64,000 bases of DNA, taken from assembly GCF_963921235.1 (NCBI RefSeq), contig NC_086114.1, positions 44,888,001 to 44,952,000 of the forward strand, read 5' to 3'. This document shows positions 38,678-51,983 of the stretch, piece after piece. A model generated the notes under the pieces. The model worked only from the letters and a program-made list of their open reading frames with translations, did not search any database and was not told the DNA's origin. Source of the stretch: Mobula hypostoma (lineage: Eukaryota). Numbering within the stretch: position 1 is the stretch's first letter; every line of letters begins with the position of its first letter. The translations under genes were made by a program, and so were the position numbers.

Positions 38678-40013
38678 TGTATCTGCCTCAAACACTTCCT
38701 CTGGAAGCACATTCGAGGAACTCACCATACTCTGCAATAAAAAGTTGCCCCACAGATCTTTCTTAAATCTTTCTCTTCTCACTCCAAATTTCTGTGCTTA
38801 GCCTTGGACTTTACTCTCCTGGAGAAAAGGCTGTTAACATCCACCTTTTCTATGCCATTTACAATTTAAATCAATTTTAAAAGGTTGGCTCTCATTTTCT
38901 ATTTTGTTATTAAGACAAAGCATGGAAAACCTCAAAATCTTTAGGAGTGACATTCCCTTATAATATCCTTCCTTACATTTAAATGCTTCCTGCATCAGCT
39001 GACTCATTCAGGAGAATATTTATAGAATTGACACTTTCAGAATATATATAACATTCATGGAGGTTTAGTACTTACAGCTTCCTGGCAGTACAACCTAGAA
39101 GTACAATGTCATTTGGAGTAACGGAAATCACTTAGTTCTATTCTCTGAGGGAATGATGCATGGGCATAGGTTGAATTCATTGTTTAGAATACACTGGTCC
39201 AAACTACCCCTGGAATCCCCAGCTGATGGAACACACAGCAGAAAATTTTGAAATGGGCAGAATCCTGTTAGGCCTAATTTTCACTACAGAATTATTCTGC
39301 TTCCATCACTCTTTCTTGAAATAAGAAAGTCAAAGCCAAGTTTATTGTCATATACACAAGTACATGAATGCACAGATGCAAGGGAAAACCCACTATTAGA
39401 AGCACATAGTATTCACAAGAAAACTCTAAATTAAAAATGGATTATACAGAATTTTCACAAATAAGAACTCAACTAAAAGAAAAAAAATAAAGTTCATTTT
39501 CATGCAAAGTGATCAAAGTGGCCATAATGTTGTTAAATTGTAAATATTGGGGTTGTGCCAGCTGGTTGAAGGGAAATAGCTGTTCCTGAACGTGGTGTTG
39601 TGGGACTTCAAGCTTCTGTACCTCCTGCCCAATGGTAGCTGCAAGAAGATGGCATGGCATGGATGGTGGGGATTGTTGATGATGGATGTTGCCTTCTTGA
39701 GGCAGCACCTCCTGTATGTGCTAATGATAGTGGGGGGGGTGTGCCCACAATGTATTGGGTTGAGTCAATTACACTGTGCGGCTTCTTACATCCTGTGCTT
39801 TCAAATTGCAAAAGTTCAAGGTTCAAATTTCAAAGTAACTTTATTACACAGTACATATATGTCACTAAATACAGCCCTGAGAATCATTTTCTTGCAGGCA
39901 TTCACAGTAAATACAAAGATATAAGCTGCAAACAACAAATACTTACTAACAACGTGCAAAAGATAACAAACTACACAACAGCAGGAAATTAAAAAAAAAG
40001 AAACAAACAATAA

Positions 40014-40860
40014 ATAGTCATAGTCATAGTCATACTTTATTGATCCTGGGGGGGAAATTGTTTTTTGTTACAGTTGCACCATAAATAATAAATAGTAATA
40101 AAACCATAAATAGTTAAATAGTAATATGTAAATTATGCCAGGAAATAAGTCCAGGACCAGCCTATTGGCTCAGGATGTCTGACCCTCCAAGGGAGGCATT
40201 GTAAAGTTTGATGGCCACAGGCAGGAATGACTTCCTATGATGCTCTGTGTTGCATCTCAGTGGAATGAGTCTCTGGCTGAACGTACTCCTGTGCCCACCC
40301 AGTACATTATGTAGTGGATGGGAGCCATTCTCCAAGATGGCATGCAACTTGGACAGCATCCTCTTTTCAGACACCACCGTCAGAGAGTCCAGTTCCATCC
40401 CCACAACATCAATGGCCTTACGAATGATTTTGTTGATTCTGTTGGTGTCTGCTACCCTCAGCCTGCTGCCCCAGCACACAACAGCAAACATGATAGCACT
40501 AGCCACCACATACTCGTAGAACATCCTCAGCATCGTCCGGCAGATGTTAAAAGACCTCAGTCTCCTCAAGAAATAGAGACAACTCTGACTCTTCTTGTAG
40601 ACAGCCTCAGTGTTCTTTGACCGGTCCAGTTTATTGTCAATTCGTATCCCCAGGTATTTGTAATCCTCCACCATGTCCACACTGATCCCCTGGATGGAAA
40701 CAGGGGTCACCGGTACCTTAGCTCTCCTCAGGTCTACCACCAGCTCCTTAGTCTTTTTCACATTAAGCTGTAAATAATTTTGCTCACACCATGTGACAAA
40801 GTTTCCTACCGTAGCCCTGTACTCAGCCTGATCTCCCTTGTTGATGCATCCAACTATGGC
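40014..40860 (-). mobile_element. Young Rex1/Babar LINE 3' end nested in older Rex1 fragments (about 39330-41310)
   Basis: ORF 40162-41031 (LQLNVKKTKELVVD, YKYLG, LYFLRRLRSF); (ATAGTC)n tail at 40014-40033; same tail as a roughly 50-nt insertion near 10260-10306. Confidence 0.9.
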
Positions 40861-41569
40861 AGAACAAATATCAAGAACATGGGCTTTATCCCTGATGGAC
40901 TGGGCTGTATTCACTATTTTGGGGGGGGTTTCATTCAAGGACATTGGTATTTCCATACCAGGACTGATGCAACCAGTCAGTATACGCTCTGTCAGACATC
41001 TATAGAAGTTCGTCAAAGTTTTAGAAAACATGCCGAATCTTTAAACTCCATGTCTTCATCGTAATGGCACTTACACGCTGGACCCAGTATCCTCTGAAAT
41101 AATAATGCTGAGGAATTTAATGTTACTGATCCTCCTCACCTCTGATTCCCTGATGAGCGCTGGCTCAGAGACCTCAGGATTCCTTCTCCTGTAATCAATA
41201 ATCAGTTCTTTGACTTTGCTGACATTGAGTAAGAGGTTGTTGTTGTGACACTAATTGGCCAAATGTTCAATTTCCCTCCTATATATTGATTCATCAGCAC
41301 CTTTGATTCTTTGAAAGGTATTCTCCTCATCTTCCTTCTAATCATCTGCTTAGCTCTGAGAAATAGTGCTGGAGATTTTCAGAAATACATGGGCAATCCA
41401 GCTCATTGTGGCAGAAACAGGATACAGAGAGATCCTCAATTTCCATAATATTGAGCATTAGGTAGATTTCAAAATTAATTTTCCTAAAGTTATACATTAT
41501 TCATGCATACATGCAATCTGAAGATGTAATAATTTTCATTCATTCAACTGAACAATTCAATATATATTT

Positions 41570-42170
41570 TTGAGGCAGGATCTTATTGAAACCTACCAAT
41601 ATTGAAAGGCTTGGATGGAGGGGATATTTTCGTTAGTGGGTTAGTCTAGAATTCAACAGCACAGCTTCAGATTAAAGCAACGTTCATTTAGAACTGAGTT
41701 GAGGAAGAATTTCTTCAGCCAGAGGTTGGTGAATCAGTGGAATTTGTTGCCAGAGAGGGCTGTGGAGGCCATGTCATTGAGTGTGCTTAAGGCAGAGATT
41801 GATAGGTTTTGGATTAGTATAGAGGTTAAGGGTTATGGGGAGAAGGCAAGAAAATGGGGCTGAAAAATATCAACCATAAAAGAATGGCAAAGCAATCTCG
41901 TTCGGCTGAATGGAAAAATTCTGCTCCTCTATCTTATGGTCGTATAGAGTGAAACGCTTTAGTGTGCATGTCACGGAGCTGAGGAGTCCAAGGCATTGGG
42001 TATATTTAAAGTGGAGGTTGATCGGTTCTTCAATAGTAAGGGTGTCAAAGGTTACTGGGAGAAGGCAGAAGAATGGGGTTGAAAGGAAAAATAAATCAAT
42101 CAAGATTGAATGACAAAGCAGATCCCATAGGCCAAATGGCCCAATTCCATTCCTATGTCTCATGATTTTA
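41570..42170 (+). mobile_element. Two tandem CR1 3' fragments
   Basis: DLIETY and WNLLP motifs and two 3' UTR ends. Confidence 0.75.
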
Positions 42171-42539
42171 TAATTTATCAATATCACTAATGTTTCATCC
42201 TTTAATCCTGTATCAGTAAAACATATAAATGATAGGACCAAGCCCCTCGGTGTCTAGTGGCAGGAGGATCCTAGATTGTGGTTCTTCCCCACTGCCTTTC
42301 TCCTGGCTGCCTTGAACTTCAATATGTTCCCCATCACATACTACTGCACCCCAAAATAAGTTAATCAGCAGCATTTATTTTCTTTTCATTTAAATGACCA
42401 CATCAGACTCACAGGTGAAGCACCACCTCACCTGGAAGGACTGTTAAGGGCCCTGAATGGTGGAGTTGGAGGAAGTATAGGGGAGGGTGTAGCACTTAGC
42501 TTGGTTGCAGGGATAAGTTATGACCTCTAACGCTTTATC

Positions 42540-43350
42540 CAATCAAATAATACTAGACAACAAAGATTTTGCTTCCTGAATACATTTGGGTGTATCTTAT
42601 GGACTTTGGGCTGCTGATCATGAAAATCACCATGAAGTTTCTGTATCAAACACCATTTTTTTTAAAAAATTGCCTGTATTTATTATATCCATTCATAATT
42701 CAAGTCAGAATAATTGATGGCAAGGTTAAGGAAGGCATTTTTGTTGGTCCACAAAGGAAACAGGTCATCAATGATAGGCAACTCAAAGAACTTCTAGTGA
42801 GTCTGGAGAAAATTACATGGATGACATTCAAGAATGTTGTTGAAAATTTTCTTGGCAACTACAGAGCATCAGACTATGTGCAGTTGGTTAACAACATGCT
42901 TCCAGCATACAAAACCAGGAAGTGCAACATGTCACTAAAGATTCATTTTCTGCATTGCCTACTTAGACTTCTTCCCTGCAAATTTTGGCACTGTCAGTGA
43001 CAAGCATGGTGAAAGGTTTCACTAGGACATTGTGGTCATGGAGAAATGGTATCAGGGTATCTGGAATCAATCAATGCTGGCTGATTATTTTTGGACACTA
43101 AACTGAGAAGCTTCAGACACCGAGTACAAATGAAATTCATCAACAAAACATGTTTAGTTTAGTTGAACTATTGCAAAGCATCAGCACTGTTATGCAATTA
43201 AACATATTATATTCAATAAAAGTTAATTTCTGGTTTCTTCAAATTTCTGTGTGATACAAGTAGCTTGAAATTGCATTTGTGTTCAGCTTCAAGTGGTTTA
43301 TAAACACAAAAAAAATTCTGAGAAAGCAACACATTTGAAAAATTTTGTTG
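42540..43350 (+). mobile_element. Chapaev3 (CMC superfamily) DNA transposon relic
   Basis: KEGIFVGPQ, FLGNYR, CNMSLKIHFLH, then after a frameshift LDFFP...VSDKHGERFH*DI...YQG.WN.SMLADY. Confidence 0.75.
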
Positions 43351-43589
43351 TCGGTATAATAGGAGCAGAATTAGACCATTCAAATCACCACATTGACAAT
43401 GCAGCCACCAAACAATCAAAATCAGGTTTATTATCCCTGGCATGTGTCGTGAAATTTGTTACCTTAGCAGCAGCAGTTCAATGCTATACGTAATATAGGA
43501 GAAGAACAAAAATAATAATAAATAAATCAATCAGTTACAGTATATGTATATGGAATAGATTAAAATGGTGCAAAAAACAGAAATTATAT

Positions 43590-44860
43590 ATATTAAAAAA
43601 GTGAGGTAGTGTTCATGGATTCAGTCCATTTAGGATGGCAGAGGGGAAGAAGCTGTTCCTGAATCACTTAGTGTGAGTGTGTGCCTTCAAGCTTCTGTAC
43701 CTCCTACCTAATGGTAACAGTGAGAAAAGGGCATGCCTTGGGTGCTGGAGTCCTTAATAATGGACTCTGTCTTTCAGAGATACCGCTCCTTGAAGATGTT
43801 GTGTGTAATCTGTAGGCCAGTACCCAAGATGGAGCTGACATTAATATAAATTTACAACCCTCTATAGCTTCTTTCGGTCCAGTGCAGTAGCCACCCCCTC
43901 CCCCCACCATACCAGATTGTGATGCAGCCTGACAGAATGCTCTCCACTGTACATCTATAAAAGTTTTTGAGTGATTTTGTTGACATATCAAATCTCTGCA
44001 AACTCCTAATGAAGTATAGTCGCTGTCTTGCCTTCTTTATAGCTGCATCAACATGTTGGGACCAGGTTAGATCGGCAGAGATCTTGACACCTAGGAACTT
44101 GAAACTGCTCAAGTGGGGTCTGACCCTGGTCAGGCCCCACCTGGAGTACTGTGCTCAGTTCTGGTCGCCTCACTACAGGAAGGATGTGGAAACCATAGAA
44201 AGGGTGTAGAGGAGATTTACAAGGATGTTGCCTGGATTGGGGAGCATGCCCTATGAAAACAGGTTGAGTGAACTCGGCCTCTTCTCCTTGGAGCGACAGA
44301 GGATGAGAGGTGACCTGATAGAGGTGTATAAGATGATGAGAGGCATTGCTCGTGTGGATAGTCAGAGGCTTTTTCCCAAGGCTGAAATGGCTGCCACAGG
44401 TTTAAGGTGCTTGGGAGTAGGGTCAGAGGAGATGTCAGGGGTAAGTTTTTTATGCAGAGAGTGGTGAGTGCGTGGAATGGGCTGCCAGCGGCGGTGGTGG
44501 AGGCGGATACGATAGGGTCTTTGAAGAGACTTTTGGATAGGTAAATGGAGCTTAGAAAAATAGAGGGCTATGGATAAGCCTAGTAATTTCTAAAGTAGGA
44601 ACGTGTTTGGCACAACTTTGTGGGCCGAAGGGCCTGTATTGTGCTGTAGGTTTTCAATGTTTTCTATGTTTCTATGCTCACTCTCTCCACTTCTCATCAC
44701 TCTATGTGGGTTGGTATGTGTTCCTTCGTCTTACCCTTCCTGAAGTCCAAAATCATATGTCTCATCATATGTCTCTTTGCAATCACTTCCTTACTCTACC
44801 ACACGCCCAATCCAAGACCCCGCAACAAATATTTAAAGCCACTTTTGCAAACTTGTGAAT
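43590..44860 (-). mobile_element. Rex1/Babar fragment interrupted by CR1
   Basis: ORF 43852-44112 SSFKFLGV...RLYFIRSL; resumes after 44675. Confidence 0.85.
44112..44674 (+). mobile_element. CR1 3' fragment
   Basis: [15 protein letters not shown]; tttctatg tail; TGCTCA duplicated at the flanks. Confidence 0.9.
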
Positions 44861-46527
44861 AATTTAAAAAACAACCTCTCTGTTATCTGATTAGATAAAG
44901 CTTTAGGAGTTTTAGCCTTCTTGTCAATGATTGGTCAGTAATCAATATTGATTGCCAATCAATAATTCCGACCAGTTCCTATAATTGGAGAATCATGGCT
45001 ATAGCACAACTTTTTCCGCTCTTGCTCTGATTGGCAGTACCTCGAGCAATTCATTGAATTCTTGGTCTGTGAAAGGGAAATTGTCCCAAAATCTTTGAAA
45101 TTCCACATTTTCAGTAATTATATTTCTTTAGGATGGGCAATGTTACAAGTAAAGTCAAACTACAAGTATAAGATAATGCAGCAGGTATAACAAATCAAAA
45201 TCTATATTTAAATAGATATTTCTATATCTGATTGATCAATATTCTAAAGTATTGATGTTTAAGGCTACAATATTCTTAGAAATGTTTAAAATATGCATTT
45301 TAAATCTACGTTTAGTGTTATCTTGAGCCTAGGAATCTACAGAGCCTTGGAAATATTAATTTCATTTGTTAAAGATGTCTTATTAATCTCTTATCCTCTG
45401 ATGGGGTCAAGTGGATTTTATAAATACATACTTGCCCATAAGCTGACTATAGCTGTTGCTATTTTGAGAATTGGAATAGCTAATGTTAATGCAAGGATCT
45501 GACATAAATTGTGACTTTTCAGAGATTTTACAAAAATCTATGAACACAACGACTAAAGCCAGAAAAAGATTTATCTGATTTATTTCACACACAGCAAATC
45601 TCCATTAACAGAAAGCAACATTGATTATCAGAATCTTCAGAATCAGGTTTAATATCATCAACATATGTCGTGATATTTGTTGTCTTTGCAGCAGCAGATA
45701 ATCAGTCTTTTAGTGAAGTTGTTCAAGTGGGAAATCTTACTAGAAAAACATCTTGGAAGAATAAGTCAGGTTGCTTTATGTACATCTGAGAGTTAGAAGG
45801 GATCTCCATTTAATGTGCCACCTAAGAGAGAGAGGAAACAAGACGGTGCATGACCATCAGCTAGAATTATAGGTTCAAGATGAGTGGACCTTAATTGAAT
45901 CCTGATACGGGGTTTCAACCCCAAAAGTTGACAATTCTATCCCCTCCCCTCCCCCACAGATGCTTCTCAACCCACTGATTTCCTCCAGCAGATTATCTGT
46001 ATAATCTTTAACCTTCTGACTCAAGATTCCTGCCACAGGGTACCACCCACTACCACCTACTGAATGCTTAAAAGAGCTATACTAATCATTCATTCATTCA
46101 CATGTATTACCAGCAATAACAATACTTTTATAACTGATTATTCATGAGCTAAACACTAGTTTAAAGTTAACCAGATTGGTGGTTCCCAAGACGCCTGTGA
46201 TTACTGATCTAATAAGTCAAAAGTAGTAGCAGAGTGGACCATGCACTCTTCTTGTTGCTGCCATTGGGAAGAGGGTACAGTAGCCTCTGGTTTAGGAACA
46301 GTTATTACCTTTCAACCATCAGACTCCTGAAGCAGCAAAGATAACTTCACTCAGCTCAAGTCTGAACTGATTCCACAACGTATGGATTCACTTTTGTGGA
46401 TTCTACAACTCATGTTCTTAATATTGTTTATTTATGTTGTATTTATTTTTGTATTTCCACAGAAATAAATTGGTTGCTTGTCAGTGTTTGTTTCTTGTGT
46501 AGTTTTTCATTGATTCCTTTGTATTTA

Positions 46528-49500
46528 CCATAAGACCATAAGCTATGGGAGTGGAATTTGACTATTCGGCTCATCATCTGCTCTGCCATTTCATCATGGC
46601 TAATCCATCTTCCCTCTCAGCCCTTATCTCCTGCTTTCTCCTCATATCCCACCATGCCCTGACTAATCAAGAATTGATAACCACTGCCTTAAAAATATGT
46701 AAAGACTTGGCCTCCACAGATACCTGTGGCAACAAATTCTATAGATTCACCACTCTCTGGCTGAAGAAATTCCTCCTCATTTCTGTTCTAAAAGGATGTC
46801 CCTCTATTCTGAAAGTGTTTCCTCTGATCCTAGACTCTCCCACCATAGGTTTCAATGAGGTCACCCCTCATTCTTCTGAATTCTAATGAATATAGACCTA
46901 GAGGCATCAAACACCCTTCATATGACAAGCTGTTCAATTTTGCAATCATTTTTGTGAACCTCATTTGAACCCTCTCGAGTGTCAGCACGTCCTTTCTGAG
47001 ATAAGGGGCCCGAAATTGCACACAATACTCCAAGTGATGCCCCACCAGAGCTTTATAAAGTCTCAACATTACATCCTTGCTTTTAAATTCTAATCGTCTT
47101 GAAATGAATGCTAACATCACATTTTCCTTCCTCACCAAGGATTCAGTCTGCAAATTAACCTTTCGGGAATCCTGCACAAGGACCCCCAGGTCTATTTGTA
47201 CCTCAGATTTTTAAATTTTCTCTCCATTTAGAAAATAGTCCGTCCTTTTATTTCTTCAACCAAAGTGTATCATCATACACTTCCCGACATTGTATTCCAC
47301 CTGCCGCTTATTTGCCCATTCTCCTAATCTGTCTAAATCCTTCTATAGCCTCTCTACTTCATCAAAACTACCTGTCCCTCCACCTATCTTCATATCATCT
47401 GCAAACTTTGAAATAAAACCATTAATTCTGTCATCCAAGTCATTGACATATAACGTAAAAAAAAAAGCGGTCCCAACACAAGTCTCTGTGGAACATTACA
47501 AGTCACCGGCAGCCAACCAGAAAAATTTGCTTTCATTCCCTCTCTTTGTGTCTTACCACTCAGCCGTTGTTTATCAATCGTTTATTAGTTTATTGATGCT
47601 AATATCTTTCCTATAATACCATGGTCTCTTAGCTTGTTAAGCAGCCTCATATGAGGCACCTTGTCAAAGGCCTTCTGTAAATCCGATACACAACATCCAC
47701 AGATTCTTCTTTGTCTATCTTGCTTTTTATTTCTTCAAAGGATTCCAACAGATTTGTCAAGCAAGATTTTTCCTTGAGGAAACCACGCTGACTACAGCAT
47801 ATTTTATCATGTGCCTCCAAGTACCCCAAAACCACATCCTTAACAATTGTCTCCAACATCTTCCCAACCACTGAGTTCAGACTAACTGGCCTATAATGTC
47901 TTTTCTTCTGCCTCTCTCCCTTCTTGAAGAGCAGAGTGACATTTGCAATTTTCCAGTCTTCCGGAACCATTCCAGAATCTAGTGATTCTTGAGAGATTAT
48001 TACTAATGCCTCCGCAATCTCTTCAGCCACCTCTTTCAGAATCCTGGGGTGTGCACCATCTGGTCCAGGTGGCGTACCTACTTTCAGATCTTTCAGTTTC
48101 CCAAGAACCTTATTCCCAATAATGGCAACTTCACACACTTCTGACCCCTGACACTCTCAAGCTTCCAGCACACTTCTAGTGTTTTGCACAGTGAAGACTG
48201 ATGCAAAATACTTATTTAGTTTGTTCCCCTTTTCCTTGTCCCTCATTACTAGCTCTCCAGCATCTTTTTCCGGTGACCCGTTATTCACTCTCACCTCTCT
48301 TTTACACTTTATATATCTGAAGAAATTTTTGGTATCCTCTTTAATATTATTGGCGAGTTTACTTTCAGATTCCATCTTTTTAGTTGCCTTCTGTTGGTTT
48401 TTAAAAGCTTCCTAATCCTCTAACTTCCCACTAATTTTTGCTCTATTATATATTCTCTCATTGGCTTTTATGTTGGCTTTGCTTCTCTTGTTAGCTACAG
48501 TTGTGTTATCTTGCCTTTAGAATACTTCTTCCTCTTTGGAATGTATATATCATGCACTTTCTGAACTGCTTTTATAAATTCCAGACATTGCTTCTCTGCC
48601 AGCATCCTTGCCAGTGTTCTTTTCCTGTGAATTTTGGCCAACTCCTCTCTCATACCTTTGTAATTCCCTTTACCAATACATCTGTAATACCAATACATCT
48701 GATTTATAGCTTCTCTTTCTCAAACTTTAGGGTGAGCAGAAAGGAGTAATGATGGTGCTAAACAGAGACTCCTTTGCTAGCATATTCAGAAACAGCTCTA
48801 TTTCCATCATTAATATCTTTATTTTTCCCTTTCAGTGTTCTTTTGAAGACCCTGACTGGGAGTTACATGCTGACTTTGGTTCTTTGCTAGAAAGGGACAC
48901 GTTCTCGGAGTTTCACAATTGGCCTTTGTTCAGCACCCCAGGAGCTCGGCCTAAGAGTCTGGCTCGGATTTGGAAGCCTAGGATCTTGGTGCTCTGGAGA
49001 TGGGCAGATCGAGAGTCGGTGTCATGACAGGAGAACCGTGTGTCATCGGGGGAGCCAGAATATCTGCGGCTGTGTGCCCAGAGACTTATCTTTGGGGACA
49101 GGGCTCGAAAAAAGCGACGTAATGGATCTTCAACATCGTAAACCAGCAAGTTGTTTGTTATGTCTCCCTGCTCGCTGGGAAAACGGAGACACCTCCTTCT
49201 CCCTTATTAGGGAGAGAGACAGAGCCTGTGCTATGTCGTATACTGGGTGAAACGCGAAGTCTTTGGGGTAACTACAAGTCTGTATCTTTGCTATTGCTTT
49301 TCTCATGCTTGAGTGCTCAGTGACAGGTGCTGATGGGTTTTTTTATGCCAGTGGAGGAAGGGGGGATTGTTGCTTTCTGCCGCTTACTCATGGGAGGGAG
49401 GGGAGGGAGGGGGGACTTAGGGTTTCTAACATTTAACGGTCATTCATTCTTTGGGGCACTCCTCTGTTTTCGTGGATGGTTGCGAAGAAAAAGCATTTCA

Positions 49501-49870
49501 GGATGTATATTGTATACATTTGTCTGACTGTATGTTGGACCTCTGAGCCTTTGAATTCGATCATATTATGATCACTTTCCCCTAAGGGTTCTTTTACCTT
49601 AAGCTTTCTAAACAATTCTGGTTCATTACATATATCAGGGAATATTTGATCCCCTAGTAAAAAGCCATCTCTTAGGCGTCCTAGAATTTTCCCCTCTTGG
49701 GATCCAGCGCCAACTTGATTTTCCCAATCAACCTGCTATTGAAATCCCCCATGACTATTGTAACATTGCCCTTTTGGCATGCGTTTTCTATCACTCGTTG
49801 CAATTTGTAGACCAGATCCTTACTACTTTTTGGGGGTCTGTATATAACTCCCATCAGGGTCTTTCTTTTT
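46528..49870 (-). mobile_element. Long CR1 ORF2 remnant (EN, RT, 3' end)
   Basis: GVIYRPP, MGDFN, SDHN, PGPDG, PEDWKIANV, YRPVSL and C-terminal motifs; ccataagaccataag tail. Confidence 0.92.
48736..49550 (+). mobile_element. Non-autonomous retroposon inserted in CR1
   Basis: CR1 sequence agggtga|attcgatc is split here; starts with gatggtgctaaac; Rex1-like 3' end; non-coding. Confidence 0.6.
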
Positions 49871-50348
49871 TCTAATGTAAATGCCTGCAATAAAATAAAT
49901 TTTAGGGATAGTACTGTGACATATACATAATGTGATAATAAATTTACTTAGAACTTTGAACCTTGAGTAGCTTGCCAGTTTGCTCCTTTACCAGTGATTT
50001 TCCCGTCAAATTTGTAAAATGGGTAAATTTATATATAATTAGATCTGATTGTACATATGCTCATCATACAATTAATTTAGTGCCACCTCCTATCATTCAA
50101 ACATGTACTTCATTACTGCAAAAGACTTCAAACACAATGAACACAATGTTCACTGAACATAGTGAATGGGAGCAAGTGGAAGCACTTTGCCCTGCTCCCC
50201 CATCCCACATCTACCACACTATTCAATAAAACCATGACAGATCTTTTACCTCAGTGCTCTTCTCTTGTACTAATCCATTTACTCTGCTTTCCTTGAAATC
50301 CATCAATCTATTGATCATTGTCATGAATATAATGGCTGAGCAATCACA

Positions 50349-50479
50349 AACATGAGAAAATCTGCAGATGTTGGAAACCCAAAGCAACACACACAAAATG
50401 CTGGAGAGCCTCAGCAGGCCAGGCGGTATCGATGGAAAGGAGCATACGGCTGATACTTTGGACCAAGACCCTTCATCAG
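50349..50479 (-). mobile_element. PLE mini-insertion (decayed hammerhead to tail)
   Basis: Minus strand starts at ctgatgaagggtc and runs through the tail; TSD-like ggctga(g)caatcaca at 50334-50348 and 50480-50493. Confidence 0.75.
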
Positions 50480-51159
50480 GGCTGACAATCACATGTCCTC
50501 TTGGCAGCAAATTCTAAAGATTCATCAACTGGTGACTGAATAAAATTTCTCCTTAATTCATCATAAATGGTCTATCTCTACTATTTGTACAATTGTCCTA
50601 GAGTCCTAGAGACAACCCAATGAATCAGCACTATATATCAAGCAGTTGCACACTAATATTAACTCTATATTATTCTTCCCATTTTTCCATCACCCCTCAG
50701 ATTCTACCACTAGGGAGCCAAGTAAAGTATGATGGATCTGTAGATGATATCATCCAGGAGGTTCTCAGGAAGATAAAAATGAAGCATAAACCTCGTGGTT
50801 ATGGTCTATTTTGTTAGATGCTCATAACAAAGGAAGAACAATAAACTAATGTGTGTAACACCCGCACTCTTCGTGGTCATTGTTTCTACTGAAGATCTGT
50901 TCAAGCTGGACAGATAAGGGAATCTTCTTTGATAGTAACAACAAGGACAGCCTTGTTTTACTCTGCTATGATATCTCAGGCTTACAGTCAAATTAATTAC
51001 AGAAGTACAGAATTAGCTATACCATAAAAACTCAATAAAGAGTCTTGCTTCGAGCCATGACCCTTCGGTTTCTAAAGCATTGATAATTTATGCCCCTCCA
51101 TAGGTTCTGAGCTTCTCCAGCATTTTGTGTGTGTTGCTCAAGATTTCCAGTGTCTGCAT

Positions 51160-51780
51160 AATAGAAACGTAGAAAATAGGTGCAGGAGTAGGCCATTCGG
51201 CCCTTCGAGCCTGCACCGCCATTCAGTATGATCATGGCTGATCATCCAACTCAGAACCCTGTACCAGCCTTCCCTCCATACCTCCTGATCCCTTTAGCCA
51301 CAAGGGCCATATCTAACTCCCTCTTAAATATAGCCAATGAACTGGCCTCAACTGTTTCCTGTGGCAGAGAATTCCACAGATTCACCACTCTCCGTGTGAA
51401 GAAGTTTTCCCTAATCTCGGTCCTAAAGGGCTTCCCCTTTATACGCAAACTGTGATCCGTCATTCTGGACTTCCCCAACATCGGGAACAATCTTCCTGCA
51501 TCTAGCCTGTCCAATCCCTTTAGAATTTTATACGTTTCAATAAGATCCCCCCCCCCCAATCTTCTAAATTCCAGAGAGTATAAGCCTAGTCGATCCAGTC
51601 TTTCAACATATGAAAGTCCTGCCATCCCAGGAATCAATCTGGTGAACCTTCTTTGTACTCCTTCTATGGCAAGAATGTCTTTCCTCAGATTAGGGCACCA
51701 AAACTGTACACAATACTCCAGGTGTGGTCTCACCAAGGCCTTGTACAACTGCAGTAGTACCTCCCTGCTCCTGTACCTCA
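51160..51780 (-). mobile_element. Young CR1 3' fragment
   Basis: Nearly intact C-terminal ORF (51251-51780) [17 protein letters not shown]...WNSLP. Confidence 0.92.
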
Positions 51781-51785
51781 GCACA

Positions 51786-51983
51786 TCAGGCAGCATCTGT
51801 GGAAATGAATAAACAGTCAACATCTCAGGCTGAGATCCTTTCTCAGTACCAAAGAAGAAGGATTTCAGCCCAAAATGTCGACTGTTTGTTCATTTCCATA
51901 GATGCTGCCTTGCCCGCTGAGTTCCTCCAGCATCTTGTATGTGTTGCATTGGATTTCCAGTATCTACAGAATTTATTGCGTTT
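51786..51983. mobile_element. Old fold-back PLE terminus, truncated on the left by CR1
   Basis: ggcagcatctgtggaaatgaataaacagtc mirrored by gactgtttgttcatttccatagatgctgcc; right arm carries the tail. Confidence 0.75.

Noticed and set aside
40162-41031. 289-aa ORF as a host gene
   Set aside because: Chance in-frame fusion of two Rex1/Babar fragments
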